The notes beneath the pieces are model-generated. The model worked only from the letters and a program-made list of their open reading frames with translations, was not told where the DNA came from and searched no databases. The position numbers and the translations under genes were made by a program. This document shows positions 22,719 through 35,466 of a DNA stretch of 64,000 nt, one piece after another; the first letter of the stretch is position 1, and every line of letters starts with the position of its first letter. Origin of the DNA: Eledone cirrhosa (taxonomy: Eukaryota); assembly GCA_964016885.1 (NCBI GenBank), contig CAXHJY010000075.1, forward strand, positions 175,159-239,158, written 5' to 3'.

Positions 22719-25560
22719 TCTTCTTCTTCTTCTTCTTCTTCTTCTTCTTCTTCTTCTTCTTCTTCTTCTTCTTCTTCTTCTTCTTCTTCTTCTTCGCCCA
22801 CTTATTCCTGAGAGGGTCGTGCGGGCAGAGTCTTCAAACACTCCTTTCAGCGGGTCATGTCAGAAGCAACCGTCTCTAACTGATCCGGCTGGATCCCGAA
22901 GCGAGACCAGCTAAGCTCATGGACGTTATCCAATCATCTTCCTTGGGATCTACCTCTGGGTCTCCTTCCAGTTGGTTTTGCCCATACAATCTGTCCAGTG
23001 ATTTTTTTCTGAGACATTTTAACCACATGCTCATAGAAGAAGTAGCGATTTTACCTGGAGCAACACTCTGATCTCCGAGTTACGCACACTCTCGAATAAC
23101 GATACCCCAAAGACCCTTCGAAAGACCCCATCCCGACCGCTTGTATTCGCGATAGTATTCTTTCCGTCAATACCCAAGATCTATGGCACGAATAAGGAAT
23201 AAGGATAGGCACGAATAAGGAATAAGGATAGGCACGAATAAGGATAGGCACGAATACCGAACTGAGAATAGCGAGTTTAGCTTTTACACCATCCTCCCTT
23301 CTTATTTCAAAAGACTATAGCTGTCGACCAAGCTCCTACAATTATTGCACTTAATTCAACCTCCTACCTTCCATCACTCGTGAACAAGGCCCTGAGATAC
23401 ATCAAATTCTCCACTTGCTTCGGTGGAACTTCACTCACATGTAGAGCGCACTGCGCAAGCTACCTTGTGAAGACGAGTGTCTCAGTTTTCGCAGCACTGA
23501 TTTTCATTCTTACCATGCAGCAATCAGCAGCAAACCTATCGATTGCAAGTCGGTGATCACCTTCTGACTAGTTAAGTAGTACCATATCGTCTGCAAATTT
23601 TAGCCGACTGATCTTATCCCCGCCAGTCGTGATATCACTTCCAATCCGGTTGCGCATGTCAATCCAGTTTATGAAGATTATGCTCAGAAGAGGTGATAGT
23701 ACGCACCCTTGACAGAGTCCGAATCCCACGTTGAAAGGTTTCGATTAAGCACCATTTATCCGAATAGAAATACTAAGGCATCGATCCCATGCTCCTGCGG
23801 AACCTCCCACTGCAGGTCCGGTGGAACACGGTTGTATTTAGAAGTCTTCGAAGAAAGCAGTCTCTCATGATTACTCAAAGAGCTTCTGCAGGGGGAATAT
23901 TTGGTCGGTTGTGTTGCACTCGGGGCGAAAACAACTTCTTCAACTAGCATGGGCTCAGCAATCTCCAAACATCTATTTATCAGACACAGCATAGACTTTA
24001 CTGGGAAGGCTTAACAAGGAAATCCCTCTATAGTTGGAGCAATCTCTTTTGTCTTCCTTTTTTAAAAATTGGGATTATCGCCCCCGATTGCCACTGCTTA
24101 GGTGACTTTCCAGATATCCAGTTTACACGGAACACAAGGCTTTTAGCATCTCGGGCCGAATTTCATCCTCTCCAGCGGCCTTGCACATTTGACCTCTTTA
24201 ATTGCTCTTGTGACCTCAGCCTCCAAGAAATTAGACATCGCTTCCTGATGCGCCTCGTGTATATCAGAGGATGCACCTCTCTGACAAAAGGAGAATCGCA
24301 GGAACATTCCTGATAGCAGGTGTGGAGGAAGACTTTTTATTACGAAGTTGGCGGATGGTCTACCAAAACACTTTATTCGCTGATCTTATGTCGGATTCCA
24401 GCTTAACCCCAAAATCCTCCCATGTCTTAACTTCGGACGCCTTTACTGTTTCTACTGCGGCTCTTCGCGCTAGCTTGTACTGCAAGTGTAAAAAGGAAAC
24501 TTATTTACAAACCAAGCTTTTTAGGCCTTCTTCTTTGCTCGGGAGGCATCTTTGACCATTTGATTGAACCAAGGGGTCCTCCTGTTACCAGGTGTCACAC
24601 AAAGCCGTTTTCGCCCGAGACATTAAATAGCTGAAGCAGAATCTGCCGATTTAAACTGTCTCCACTCCATTTCAATGTCCTCAGTTAGCTCAGGGAGTTC
24701 TCGGAATTTCTGTGTAATAGTATCTGCATATCCGGTCCTGACTTCCTTATCCCCCAAACCTTCCCACTTTATCATGTAGGCCGACCTGGGCTTGCAAGTT
24801 GTGTGGACTTCCTTGACTCTAGGTAGGCTCAAGTTGCAGATAACTAAATGATCTGTTAACAGCACAGTTCCTCACTTATACGAACATCCAGCACAGAATT
24901 AAAGAGATCAGACACAATAACAAAATCAATTATTGATCTCTGTCCCCGGTAACCCCTTTATACCAAGTATATTTATGGATGTCTGTACTGGAAGTGGAGG
25001 TTCATAATAGAGAGCCCAATACTAGAACAGAAGGCCTCTCCATTTGAATTTAGATCAGGATCGCCGTCCCTTCCAATCACTCCTTTCCGTGTCAGGTGGC
25101 CCAAGCCAACATGTGCATTGAAGTTTCCCTTTAGGATATATGACTAAGTCTTTACTACATATAACGCTGCAGTGGCATCATCAAGGATGGATCTGTATCA
25201 GACTCTTTGTTTGGTGCATAAACTTGTACCACCCACAGAGACCTTTTCAGCCTAAGCTTGAAGAGGCAAATCCTCCCTGCTGAAGGGATCCAATCCATAA
25301 CACATTCTGACAGCCGGGGGCTTGTGATTATCCCCACTCACGCCTGTGCTGTCATTTTTAGTGCCACACCTGAACAGTGGAGTTTCCGTCATCCATCCAA
25401 ATCGACAGTACGAAAGCCAGGGATCTTTATTGAGGAAACTACGACTATATCTAAGCAGTAGCCTCCTCCATTAGTTCCTGTTCATTACCTGTAAGGATTG
25501 TGATGTTTCAGGTTCCAATTTTACGATTTGAAACCTTTCGAACCCTTATTCGGATCTCGG
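22719..25560 (-). mobile_element. RTE-clade LINE, heavily degraded, with (GAA)n 3' tail
   Basis: APE remnants (KIGT*NI, QVYAPN, TDHLVI), RT remnants (GLCQGC, FADD at ~23587-23598), and (TTC)n at 22719-22795 on the plus strand. Confidence 0.8.
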
Positions 25561-25792
25561 GATATTCAATCTCTGTGTGTGTGTATTCCACGCCTCCCAG
25601 GACAGGTCACAGTCCTATCCCCAGTTTTTGCAGCATGAGATGGTGACTGCATGATATTTTTCAAATGGGCTTCTCTCTACTTAAAGCCTGAATGCGTCCC
25701 TTCTTAACCCGCACAAAGGTTGATGCGCTGTGACTGTCTTTATGTCTCACCATATTGCAGTGAATTTTGGTGGTCTTATTCGCACCAGTTAT

Positions 25793-26140
25793 GAAGGCAC
25801 ATGGCTTAGTGATTAGAGCGTCGAGTTTACAATCGTAAGAATGTGTTGAATCTATTCTTGAGTGTGGGTGATGCGTTGTTCCCTTGAGCAAGACACTTTA
25901 TTTCATGATGCTTCAGTTTACTCAGCTGTAGAAATGAGTTGCGACGTCACTGGGGCCAAGCTGTATCAGCCATTTGCCACTCCATTGGTGGCATGGAGAG
26001 GAGAGACTGGTATACATGAGCGACTGCTGGTCTTCGTTAAACAATCTTTCCCGAACGTGTGCCTCGGAGGGAAACTTTCTAAGGTTCAAATCATATGGTC
26101 ATTCGTGAACGAAGGGGGTCTTTACCCTTTACCCTTTACC
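25793..26140 (+). mobile_element. SINE with family-2 head/core but a different tail ending (TTTACCC)n
   Basis: GGCACATGGCTTAGTGATTAGAGC head, CCCTTGAGCAAGACACTTTATTTC core, then sequence unlike the 54 kb and 57 kb copies. Confidence 0.7.
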
Positions 26141-27034
26141 TATTCATACCAATCACCAATCTAATACGTTTCTCAGACCAGCGAAGACTAGACTTTTTTA
26201 GTGGCGGCCTTTATTCGCCTAATCGTAGCTACATCACGGGACTGTGAGAGTTGTTTTGGGGGAGCTACAAATATCCTCCATTGCTCCATCCCCCTTAATA
26301 GTTTACCAATGTTGATTAGGTGTTACTTATTCTTCCGGCAGGTGCACGCTTATACTGCAAATAACCATCATATCTGGTAGCATGGAACTGTTAGACGGTA
26401 ATGTTATTGTTATTGTTGTTGATGGTGGTGTCGCTGGTGTTGTTGGAGTTGTAATTACTAAACTAGACTTTGAAAACATACCTGCACATATATATATAAA
26501 TACACACAGACATACGTAATTATCTAGTTGATTTTGTCTAAATTCCAATGAAATAGTCTTGTTTCTGCGACCCGTTCGTTGGCAGAACGGCTCTGCCGTA
26601 TGTCAATATGGCACCCATACGACTCTGTCAGGACTCAGGAGTTACGGTCTATACAATACCAATAAGAAATAAAAGGACATACGAGGCTTTATCTAGGATG
26701 GATATTTTCCTCGCACATTACTTGTTTTTTTTTAAGAGTGCCCCTAATACCGTCTGCATTTACATGAATCTTCTCTCATAAAACGATTCACAATCGCAGG
26801 ATATCATCTCCAGGATGTCTCTTGCTAGTTCGCACTTGCTACCTGCTACAGAGGACATTTCAAGTTCATATTTTGATGCGTTGCTGTACGCCATTGCTTC
26901 ATCAAATTCCAAAAAGTTATTGCATATTTCTAACCATGATTTCTAAATTCTGTACATGCAGTTCTTGATTAATTCATACCACTCTTGTTTGATGTTATCT
27001 AAGGCCTTGAGATTATTTACAATTTGATTATATA

Positions 27035-27225
27035 TAACTGTTTTTACTTTTGGCACAAGGCCAGTAATTACTTCAGTGCATTACTGGTGCTTTATTTTAT
27101 CGACCCCGTAAGATGAAAGGCAAAGCTAACCTCGACGGAAATTGAACTAAGAACGTAAAGGGCTATATTTCTATGCTGCAAAACATAGTGTCTGACCATC
27201 TACCGATACTGTTATTCCACCGCCC
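27035..27225 (-). mobile_element. SINE family 1
   Basis: Collinear with 142-361. Confidence 0.75.
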
Positions 27226-27289
27226 TTTGATTATATATAACGTCATTTGATTTTATAACAACAAACAGCCTCTGATACATTGCTTTCAC

Positions 27290-27680
27290 TGGACAGGGCT
27301 GGACAGGGCTGGACTAGACATGGCTGTGCATGACTAAGCTGTACAGAGCTGGGCTAGACATAGCTGGGCTAGCCTGGCTGGGCATGGCAGGGCATGGCTG
27401 GGAATAGCCTGGCTTGGTTTGGCCCGGTAGGATTAACCTTGTTGGACAGGCCTGGACATGGCTTGGCTGAGCGGGGCTGGTCACACTGGACGACTGGACA
27501 GGGTTTGACTGGGTTAGGCTGGACTGAACTGGACATGGCAGAGCTGGGTTTCGCTCGGCTGAGACCGGGTTGGTAGACATGTGCATGATTGGATTGGACA
27601 GGGTTGAAAGTGCTGGACAGGACCGGCCTTGACTGAGCAGGACTGTGCTGGGCTAGGCCAGGGAATGACTTGCCTAGAAT
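27290..27680. repeat. Degenerate pentamer minisatellite (GGGCT/GGACT/GGACA)n
   Basis: 5-bp periodicity is directly visible. Confidence 0.85.
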
Positions 27681-28275
27681 ATTATTAAGTTACTAATTGT
27701 ACCTTGGGTTCAAAGTTACTTTCTCTTTGCAATATTATTTCACTGCTGGATAAAAGTATGGAACAAAGCACTGTGTAAAATTTATTTCTGTCACACAGGC
27801 CTCGCTCAATTTCCAAATCACAAACAAATATATATATATATCTGTATTCCCTACATTCTGATGTTTCTGAATGAAAACGAGCGTTGGCTGCAATACAATA
27901 ACTCTCAATACATTACTGTCAGTGTGTTTTTAATGGTGTTTTTCCACCGCCTTGAACTTAGAAGATGTTTTTTCTCCTCTGGAGATGAAAATGCAGGATA
28001 GCATTTCTTTTTCCTCAGAAAAGACCTTTTTTTTTGTTATGTACATAGAATACAAGTTAGGGAGGATAGTTGCCACGCTCAATGTACTATAAAGATCCAT
28101 CGGAATTTCCTCGGTTGTAGTTGTAAGACTATCAAACATACGGATAGTGTTTAAATCAGGCTGTCATTTGACTCATATACGTAAATAAAACTCTTCTAGC
28201 CTGAGGGTTCTTCTTTTTTGGGGTGGGTGGTGGGTCCAATTATGATAAATTGGTCTAATTTTATATTGTATTGTG

Positions 28276-28575
28276 TCTCTTCTCTTCTCTTCTCTTCTCA
28301 TTCTTCGCCCACTTATTCCTGTGAGGGTCGTGGGAGCCGAGTCCTCAAACACTCCTACCAGCAGGTCATGTCAGAAGCAGCCCTCTCCAACTGATCCAGG
28401 TAGATCGCCAAACGAGACCAGCCAAATCATAGATGTTATCTAACCATCTTGATCGGGATCTACTTCTGGGTTTCTTGCCGGTTGGTTTTGCCAGTAAAAT
28501 CAGTCCAGCGATTTTTTCCTGGGACATTCTAACCACATGCCCATGGTATCGGAGCTGTGATCTCTCAATTCGGAG
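28276..28575 (-). mobile_element. RTE 3'-end fragment, same family as 22719-25560
   Basis: TTCGCCCACTTATTCCTG... matches 22793-23075; TC-rich tail. Confidence 0.8.
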
Positions 28576-29054
28576 AGCATATCTTCCATATGTTTTCGAA
28601 ATCTTTACTCTGTGAATAATAGCAATGAGTTCGTCACGCTATAAACTTTTATTTTGCTTACATTTTTCACGGTAGACCTAATTATTGATGTGGCCAAATT
28701 TAAAGTTTCACCCACATAAGATTGGCCTTTTCTAGCTTCCAATTATCCAGTGTGAGATTCATTTCCATGCCCTTTTAGATGAACTTTTAGCACTTGGAGT
28801 TGCAAACTGTTTTCCCACTCATGATGGTTACACAATTGTGTGAGCAATTTGGGTGCATATGAATGTGAAGCCTAGTTTCTTACATGTTAACATACAAGTA
28901 AAATAATGTAATGGAGAAGAGGAAAAAATAACCTTTAATTCTTGATGGAGTCAAAGGAGCACCATTCTGACAGACAGCAAGTCTGGGGCATTAAAACCTG
29001 GCGGAACCCATTCTTTAAAGGTCTGAACATAACCAATTTCTTCCAGAAAAGGAG

Positions 29055-29121
<67 letters not shown>

Positions 29122-29389
29122 CGATCCCAGACTCGAACAGATGAAAGGCAAAGTTATCTAGTTGTCTTCGGCGAGATTTGATCTTAGAGCACTCTGAGCA
29201 GAAACAATACCACGGCATCAAATATGACGCCCTAAAGAGTGTTATCATTCACTGCCTGAATACAATGTTATTCCACTGAAAATATTGACTCTCAGAAAAA
29301 GGAGAGCTATAACGAATTAACGCTAAGCGGAGTACACCAAGCCCGCTTGGTGTACTCCGCTTAGCGTACTCCGCTTAGCGTTAATATTG

Positions 29390-29480
<91 letters not shown>

Positions 29481-29754
29481 CATGCTTGTGTACGTGGATG
29501 TGTGAATGTGCTTGGGATATCAAGCACATAGAAGTTGATTGAAGGATGTCATACTACTCATCTCCAGATATATATATTTTCCATTATTCATATATTGGTT
29601 TCCTATTCCTCTCCAAGCTTCAGAGGAAATACCGTATAGTATGCTCTGTAAAAGTAAAAAAAAAAGATACTATTAAATCAGTCACACACACATGTACACC
29701 AGGTCCGAACGCAAAGGAACCAAACTCCCACTGTCATCATCTCTCATTATTATG

Positions 29755-29950
29755 AGCGGTGGATTGGCAGTATCGGTAGAGGTTCAGACGCCATGCTTTG
29801 CAGCAAAGAGTTACGGCCTTTTATTGTCTGAGTTCAAATCCCGCCCCGGTTAACTTTGCCTTTCATCCTTACGGGGTCGATAAAATAAAGTACCAATAAT
29901 ACACTGGGATAATTGCTGGCCTTGTGCCAAATGTAGAAACTATTATTATG
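29755..29950 (+). mobile_element. SINE family 1
   Basis: GCGGTGGATTGGCAGTATCGGTAGAG..GAGTTCAAATCCCGCC..GGCCTTGTGCCAAATGTAGAAACTATTATTAT. Confidence 0.82.
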
Positions 29951-29954
29951 GGCA

Positions 29955-30360
29955 AATAGGGGCCCCCGCGGATGTAGAAGAGACATTCCAGCTCACGTGG
30001 CTCACACCCGCGAGTACCAAGCTCTGTGCCACTGGTGGTGAGTAGGGAGGTGGTCATTATGCCAAGGATACCTGTCGGAGAGCAACCGAAGTGCAGCAGA
30101 GCCTGGGTTAGTCGCAGGCTGCATCAGGTTGCCGCTGGAGGATGTGTCGCTGCACGTAGCATCCCAAATGAGGGCTTTACCACCGCCGAACGGGAAGATG
30201 GCCTTGCAGTCTGGCCTTTTGCCGTCCCCTCTGTCCAGCCCCATTGGCTCGAGCTGGGAGGGGAAGCCTGTAGCATCCAAGCCATGCTTTATGACATCGT
30301 TGAGAGCAGCATAGCGTGGAAAGTGGCCGGCACTGTAGCGACAGGACAGCGTGCCAGTTG
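29955..30360 (-). mobile_element. Fragment of a CRE-like non-LTR element (C-terminal zinc-finger remnant + restriction-like endonuclease)
   Basis: TLSCRYSAGHFPRYAALNDVIK..LEPMGLDRGDGKRPD..GGGKALIWDATCSDT matches the RPD..WD pattern of RLE-type elements. Confidence 0.7.
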
Positions 30361-30418
30361 AAATTAATTGTAATCTCTTTTGACTTACAAGCTATCGTAA
30401 CTTTGTTTAGTTTTAATC

Positions 30419-30658
30419 CAGTCTTTACAAATTCTTCTTCCCAACAGCCATCTATAATTCACGAGGCTGGGCTGAAAAACTCATAGACTGACCATGAAAA
30501 AGTTATGCTACGGCTGTGAAATCTTACATGCATTAATTTCAACGTTTCTTATTAATAACTGCATTGTTTCTTTTCAGGGACTATGTTGAAAAATAAACCT
30601 TATTTGGTCATTCCATGAGAGTATCTTGGTCAACCTATGAATTTTACAGCGGGTTCTC

Positions 30659-30716
<58 letters not shown>

Positions 30717-30733
30717 GAGAACCCTCTGTAAAA

Positions 30734-30770
<37 letters not shown>

Positions 30771-31007
30771 GAGAACCCGCTGTAAAATTCATAGGTTGAC
30801 CAAGATACTCTCATGGAATGACCAAATAAGGTTTATTTTTCAACATAGTCCCTGAAAAGAAACAATGCAGTTATTAATAAGAAACGTTGAAATTAATGCA
30901 TGTAAGATTTCACAGCCGTAGCATAACTTTTTCATGGTCAGTCTATGAGTTTTTCAGCCCAGCCTCGTGAATTATAGATGGCTGTTGGGAAGAAGAATTT
31001 GTAAAGA

Positions 31008-31010
<3 letters not shown>
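30419..31010. repeat. Fold-back inverted duplication (~240-bp arms) containing a Mariner-type MITE in each arm, centred on (TA)n
   Basis: 30419-30660 is the reverse complement of ~30769-31010. Each arm holds a ~200-bp unit with imperfect TIRs ACGAG..GCTG(A/T)AAA..TCATAG..TGACCA. Confidence 0.85.
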
Positions 31011-31048
<38 letters not shown>

Positions 31049-31531
31049 CATGGAAGAATGCCAGGATTTACTTGTGCCCTCGGACAAAACTGGTAATGTA
31101 TACATGCTTGACCGTTTTACATACAACGACTGCATCGGGAAAGAGGTTAGGAAAATTACAGGACCACAGGACAGGACAACCTAGATAACATTAACGCCAC
31201 GACCAAAAAAATAATGACCGGGATAGGAATAGATGATAGGGCCGAAATATATGTACCTAGAAAACCTCCGATATCCATTAAGGATCATAAATTAGACTTT
31301 AGAACTAACCTACCTGTTAGGCTAATAGCACCCTCCAAATCAGACATAGGTAGGACCAGCAAGAATATCATAGACAGAATACTACCGGTACTTAGGAACA
31401 AAACTAGGCTTAGCTTATGGACCTCCACTAAGGAGGTAATTGATTGGTTCTCGCTAAAAGATAGCAAATAGCAGGTACATTTTATTCAATTAGACATAGC
31501 GAATTACTACGCGTCAGTATCTCCTGTAATA

Positions 31532-33115
31532 GTGAACAAGGCCCTCATGAGCGCCATGGTCAAGTCCAACCTCACTAGGGAGGAGGATAGCCTCATAGTA
31601 GCAGCTAGAAAGACGCTAATTAGATTAGAAGATAAGTTATGGGAGAGGAGGGACAGACCCGACAGTTTCGATATCACCATTGGGTCGAGCGACTCAGCGC
31701 ATGTGACCGATCTGGTGGGGATCTATCTCCTCCATAGATTAGCGGAGATCCCAGAGATCAGCGGAGGAATATACAGAGACGACGCACTTTTCACCTTCTG
31801 TTCCCTAAACCCCAGCCAGATGGAGCTAATAATGAAGCGCATATCGCATTTTTTTAAGCAACACGGCTTATCCGTGACTAAGACGGTGAATTTCCTGGAC
31901 GTTACCTTGGAAATGAATACGGGCATCCACCGACCTTATCACAAGCCCAATGAGAACCTGCAATATGTGAACAGGCAATCCAACCACCCCAGGTCAGTCA
32001 TAGAAGCAATAGTTAAAGGGGTATCTAAACGCGTATCCACCCTGTCGGCCAACGCAGACGTGTTCAAACAGCACGCCGAATATTATAATGAGGCACTGCG
32101 CAGGGCCGGTTACACAGACAGCATAGTGTATACCACAGACAGGGAAGAGCCTAGCGCCGAGGCATGTGGATACATCAATAGCTGTGGCACTTCCATAGGT
32201 AGAAGAAATGACCCGGTACTAGCCTCCAAGAACACGAGTAGCAATACAGTTCCCCTTAATGACACAGGACCGACAATAGGACGGACGAAGACACACACGG
32301 GCGCTGGACCACCCAGTACACGTAGGCAAAATCCCGGCACGCACACCACATGCGTCGCGGTAACTAGAACTAGGGACAGGGTAACGACAAGTACGGCCAT
32401 GGCACCCGCTAAAGGGAACACCCGGCCTGGTAGCAGTGGTATAGCCCCAACAACAGCACCACATAGCATTAAAGAGATTAACAGTGGGGCCGACAATATA
32501 GAACGGAATACCTTAGTAAGTGAAAGGCATAACCATGACGCCCACGGGAGACATATAGTTAGAGGCAACATAGAGGACGTAATAATAGGCGGGCAAAACC
32601 CGAGACGGACATCAGACCCAAGACACACTCACACTACTACACACACACGAAAGAACAAGACTAGATCTAAGGCCGTTACATGGTTTAACACGCCATACTC
32701 TAAGCATGTATGCAGCAACGTGCCAGGGCTTTTTTTCCAAGCGTTAGACGAATGCTTCCCGCCGTCGAACAAATTCCACAAGATTTTCAACCGCCACACA
32801 GTGAAGTTTTCCTTCTCCACAGCACCTAGCATGGCCGACTGCATAGCCAAAATCAACGCGGTAAAGATGGGAAACATCGACCGTCAACCACGGCGGCAGA
32901 ATGACCGTCCATCGGAACGTGGAGGATCCCTCGGGGACTGGCCTTCCAACAACAACTCGGCCCCCGCGGCGGCCGCCACGCCCGCGGAAGGCGATACAAT
33001 CCAACACCAGGAGGGAACGAGCGGAGGAGGGGAGACCATCGTGCCTGCGGAACAACACCCTGAGAATCGGGAGAGGGCTCTAGTAGATCGAGGGCCAGGC
33101 GTCCGAAGTGAATAA
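31532..33115 (+). CDS. Largest open segment of the Penelope-like RT ORF
   Basis: 527-aa track ORF with GSSDSA..DLVG, YRDD and thumb motifs. Confidence 0.75.
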   Translation: MNKALMSAMVKSNLTREEDSLIVAARKTLIRLEDKLWERRDRPDSFDITIGSSDSAHVTDLVGIYLLHRLAEIPEISGGIYRDDALFTFCSLNPSQMELIMKRISHFFKQHGLSVTKTVNFLDVTLEMNTGIHRPYHKPNENLQYVNRQSNHPRSVIEAIVKGVSKRVSTLSANADVFKQHAEYYNEALRRAGYTDSIVYTTDREEPSAEACGYINSCGTSIGRRNDPVLASKNTSSNTVPLNDTGPTIGRTKTHTGAGPPSTRRQNPGTHTTCVAVTRTRDRVTTSTAMAPAKGNTRPGSSGIAPTTAPHSIKEINSGADNIERNTLVSERHNHDAHGRHIVRGNIEDVIIGGQNPRRTSDPRHTHTTTHTRKNKTRSKAVTWFNTPYSKHVCSNVPGLFFQALDECFPPSNKFHKIFNRHTVKFSFSTAPSMADCIAKINAVKMGNIDRQPRRQNDRPSERGGSLGDWPSNNNSAPAAAATPAEGDTIQHQEGTSGGGETIVPAEQHPENRERALVDRGPGVRSE

Positions 33116-33639
33116 AATGATGACAGAACATGTAACTGCAGAGCGGGCATCCAGTGTCCTCTGCAGGGAAGTTTCCTAACGAAAGGCCTGGTATATAAAT
33201 GTGTGGTTAACACCCACAATATAAAGCGCGCCTACATCGGCGCAACATCCACGACCTTTAAATTGCGGATGTATAACCACACGAACTCCTTCAAGGACCG
33301 CAGTGAGACACTCCACTAGGCTAGTGGACCTGGTGTGGGACTTGAAAGACAAAGGCACCCCGTACACCTTTGACTGGAGCATCGTTCGGCACGCGAATGC
33401 ATACTCGGCTGGAAGTAGAAAGTGTAGCCTATGCCTATACGAGGCCATGGAAATAGTCAGACTGAGGATGATGCGGTCAACCAGAAATCGGAAATTATCA
33501 TGACGTGCAGACACCAGAGAAGGTGCACACTATCCGCATGGAATCCACCGGGAAGCCCAGGCTAAAGGCATGCGGCGGAGCACGCGCCGACCAGAGCGAC
33601 AAAACGGGTTCAAGGGATCAGACACCATACCCTGATGAC

Positions 33640-33812
33640 ATTATCGGTAGAGGGTCGGATGCCATGCTTTCCAGCATAGTTACGTCCCTTTACGATCTGA
33701 GTTCAAATCCCGCCGAAGTTGACTTTGCCTTTCATTCTTACGGGGTCGATAAAATAAAGTACCAGTAATGCACTGAGTAATTGCTGGCCTTGTGCCTAGA
33801 GTAGAAACAATT
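33640..33812 (+). mobile_element. SINE family 1 inserted in the Penelope 3' region
   Basis: GAGTTCAAATCCCGCC and GGCCTTGTGCCTAGAGTAGAAACAATT. Confidence 0.8.
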
Positions 33813-35081
33813 ATATGCCCCGTGAGGTAAACCAAAATAACCCAAGATGCATACCTGACTCTGCACGTCACCCTAGGCAAGAACATCACCTGATTACACG
33901 GTCTTTCAGTCAAATAGGACTATAGGACAATATACCTCAACCACAGTGACATACTCCAATATGGCCGGGCTACACACCCCCATGCATGTGTACCTTTTCA
34001 ATCGAGAATACATACTCTCCACGTGTTCCATTTTGGAACACATATTATTTGTTCCGTATACAGGCCCAAGTTTACTCCCCATATGTACTATATCCCCATA
34101 CTCCCCATATGTACTATATCATACGCACACACGTCCCTTGTTTCTTCTCTCTTCTTTTTATATATCTCTATGTGACGTTATACGTATATTTTAACATATT
34201 GTATATTTATTTTATTTTTTGTATATGTGTGTATATATGTATGCGTATGTGTATATTTATATGTGTGTATGTAGATATATATATGTATATGTTATGTGAA
34301 TGTGTAGGGATGTATGTATAGGATTACACTGTTTATATCTGTGCATGTTTAGCACAAGATACATCTTTTAATGTATGACGTTATATGTATATTTTAGTAT
34401 ATTGTAGGGTTTTTTTTTATAGATGTGTATGCATGTGTGTGTATGTACATATATATGTGTGTCTGTATGTGTGTGTGTATATATGTATGTGTATATATGT
34501 ATACATTTATTTATTTTTTTATTTACTTATTTATTTATTTATATGTGTGTATGTATACATGCATGTATGTGTATGGATGTATGTATTTGGTTACATTGTT
34601 TATATTTGTGCATGTGTATAACAAGATGCATCCTTTCATAGATGACCCTGTATGACCCATTGTGTAGATTTATATGACTCTGTGAGTATATCATATTTGA
34701 GTACGGACAGATATATATATGTGTGTATGTATCTTTGTAGATGTGCGTGGGCATGTAGGTCATAGGCGCGTATTTGTTTAAGTGTATATGAGCCAGTGTG
34801 TGTATGTGTTCATGCACCTACTGTAGGGTAAGGGCTTGTTTGTGTGTATATTTATGTGTGTACATATACATATATATGTGTGTTTGGGAGCGAGTCTGTC
34901 TTTGTGCCTGTATATACAGACACGTGTGTGTATGTGCATGTGCGTGTCTATGTATATGTCTGTACGTGTTTGTGTATACGAGTAGATATACGCGTATGCA
35001 TGTGTGTGCGTATGTATGCGTGTGCGTGTGTGTGTGTGCGTGTGTGTGTATGTGAGTGCGTGTATATATATATATATATGT

Positions 35082-35118
<37 letters not shown>

Positions 35119-35125
35119 CGCGCGC

Positions 35126-35156
<31 letters not shown>

Positions 35157-35378
35157 TGTGTGTATGAGTGCGCGAGTGGACTTGTGAAATACCAAACGCA
35201 GCATGGATTCATTGAAGTGTGTCAGGCGTAGGGAGAGCTACTGACCAGAGTGACAGCAACTATTGGCCAGAATTTATGATGACGTAGAAAAACAACAGCC
35301 AACAGCAGGGCAAGCGCGAGGAAGATGGTGTTTGACGATAACACCCCAGTGAGAAAATTTGATCCGAAATTATTGCAA

Positions 35379-35466
35379 GTGTCCGACGAACCTGCAGTTC
35401 TAGAATCAGACAGATCCATACAAAGATCGTGTCTCGAGCTGTTTGCCGGCGAAACACTTGTAACAC
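35379..35466 (+). ncRNA. Hammerhead-ribozyme-like motif (type I, variant core, long stem II)
   Basis: GTGT-CCGACGA-[~60-nt stem-loop]-GAAA-CACTTG-TA-ACAC, followed by AATAAA. Confidence 0.55.

Noticed and set aside
23186-23260. Short tandem repeats as CRISPR-like arrays (also 40000-40067 and 53025-53105)
   Set aside because: Eukaryotic context, no unique spacers and no cas genes; these are simple local duplications.
26119-26140. Telomeric repeat
   Set aside because: Only about three TTTACCC units at a SINE 3' end; not TTAGGG.
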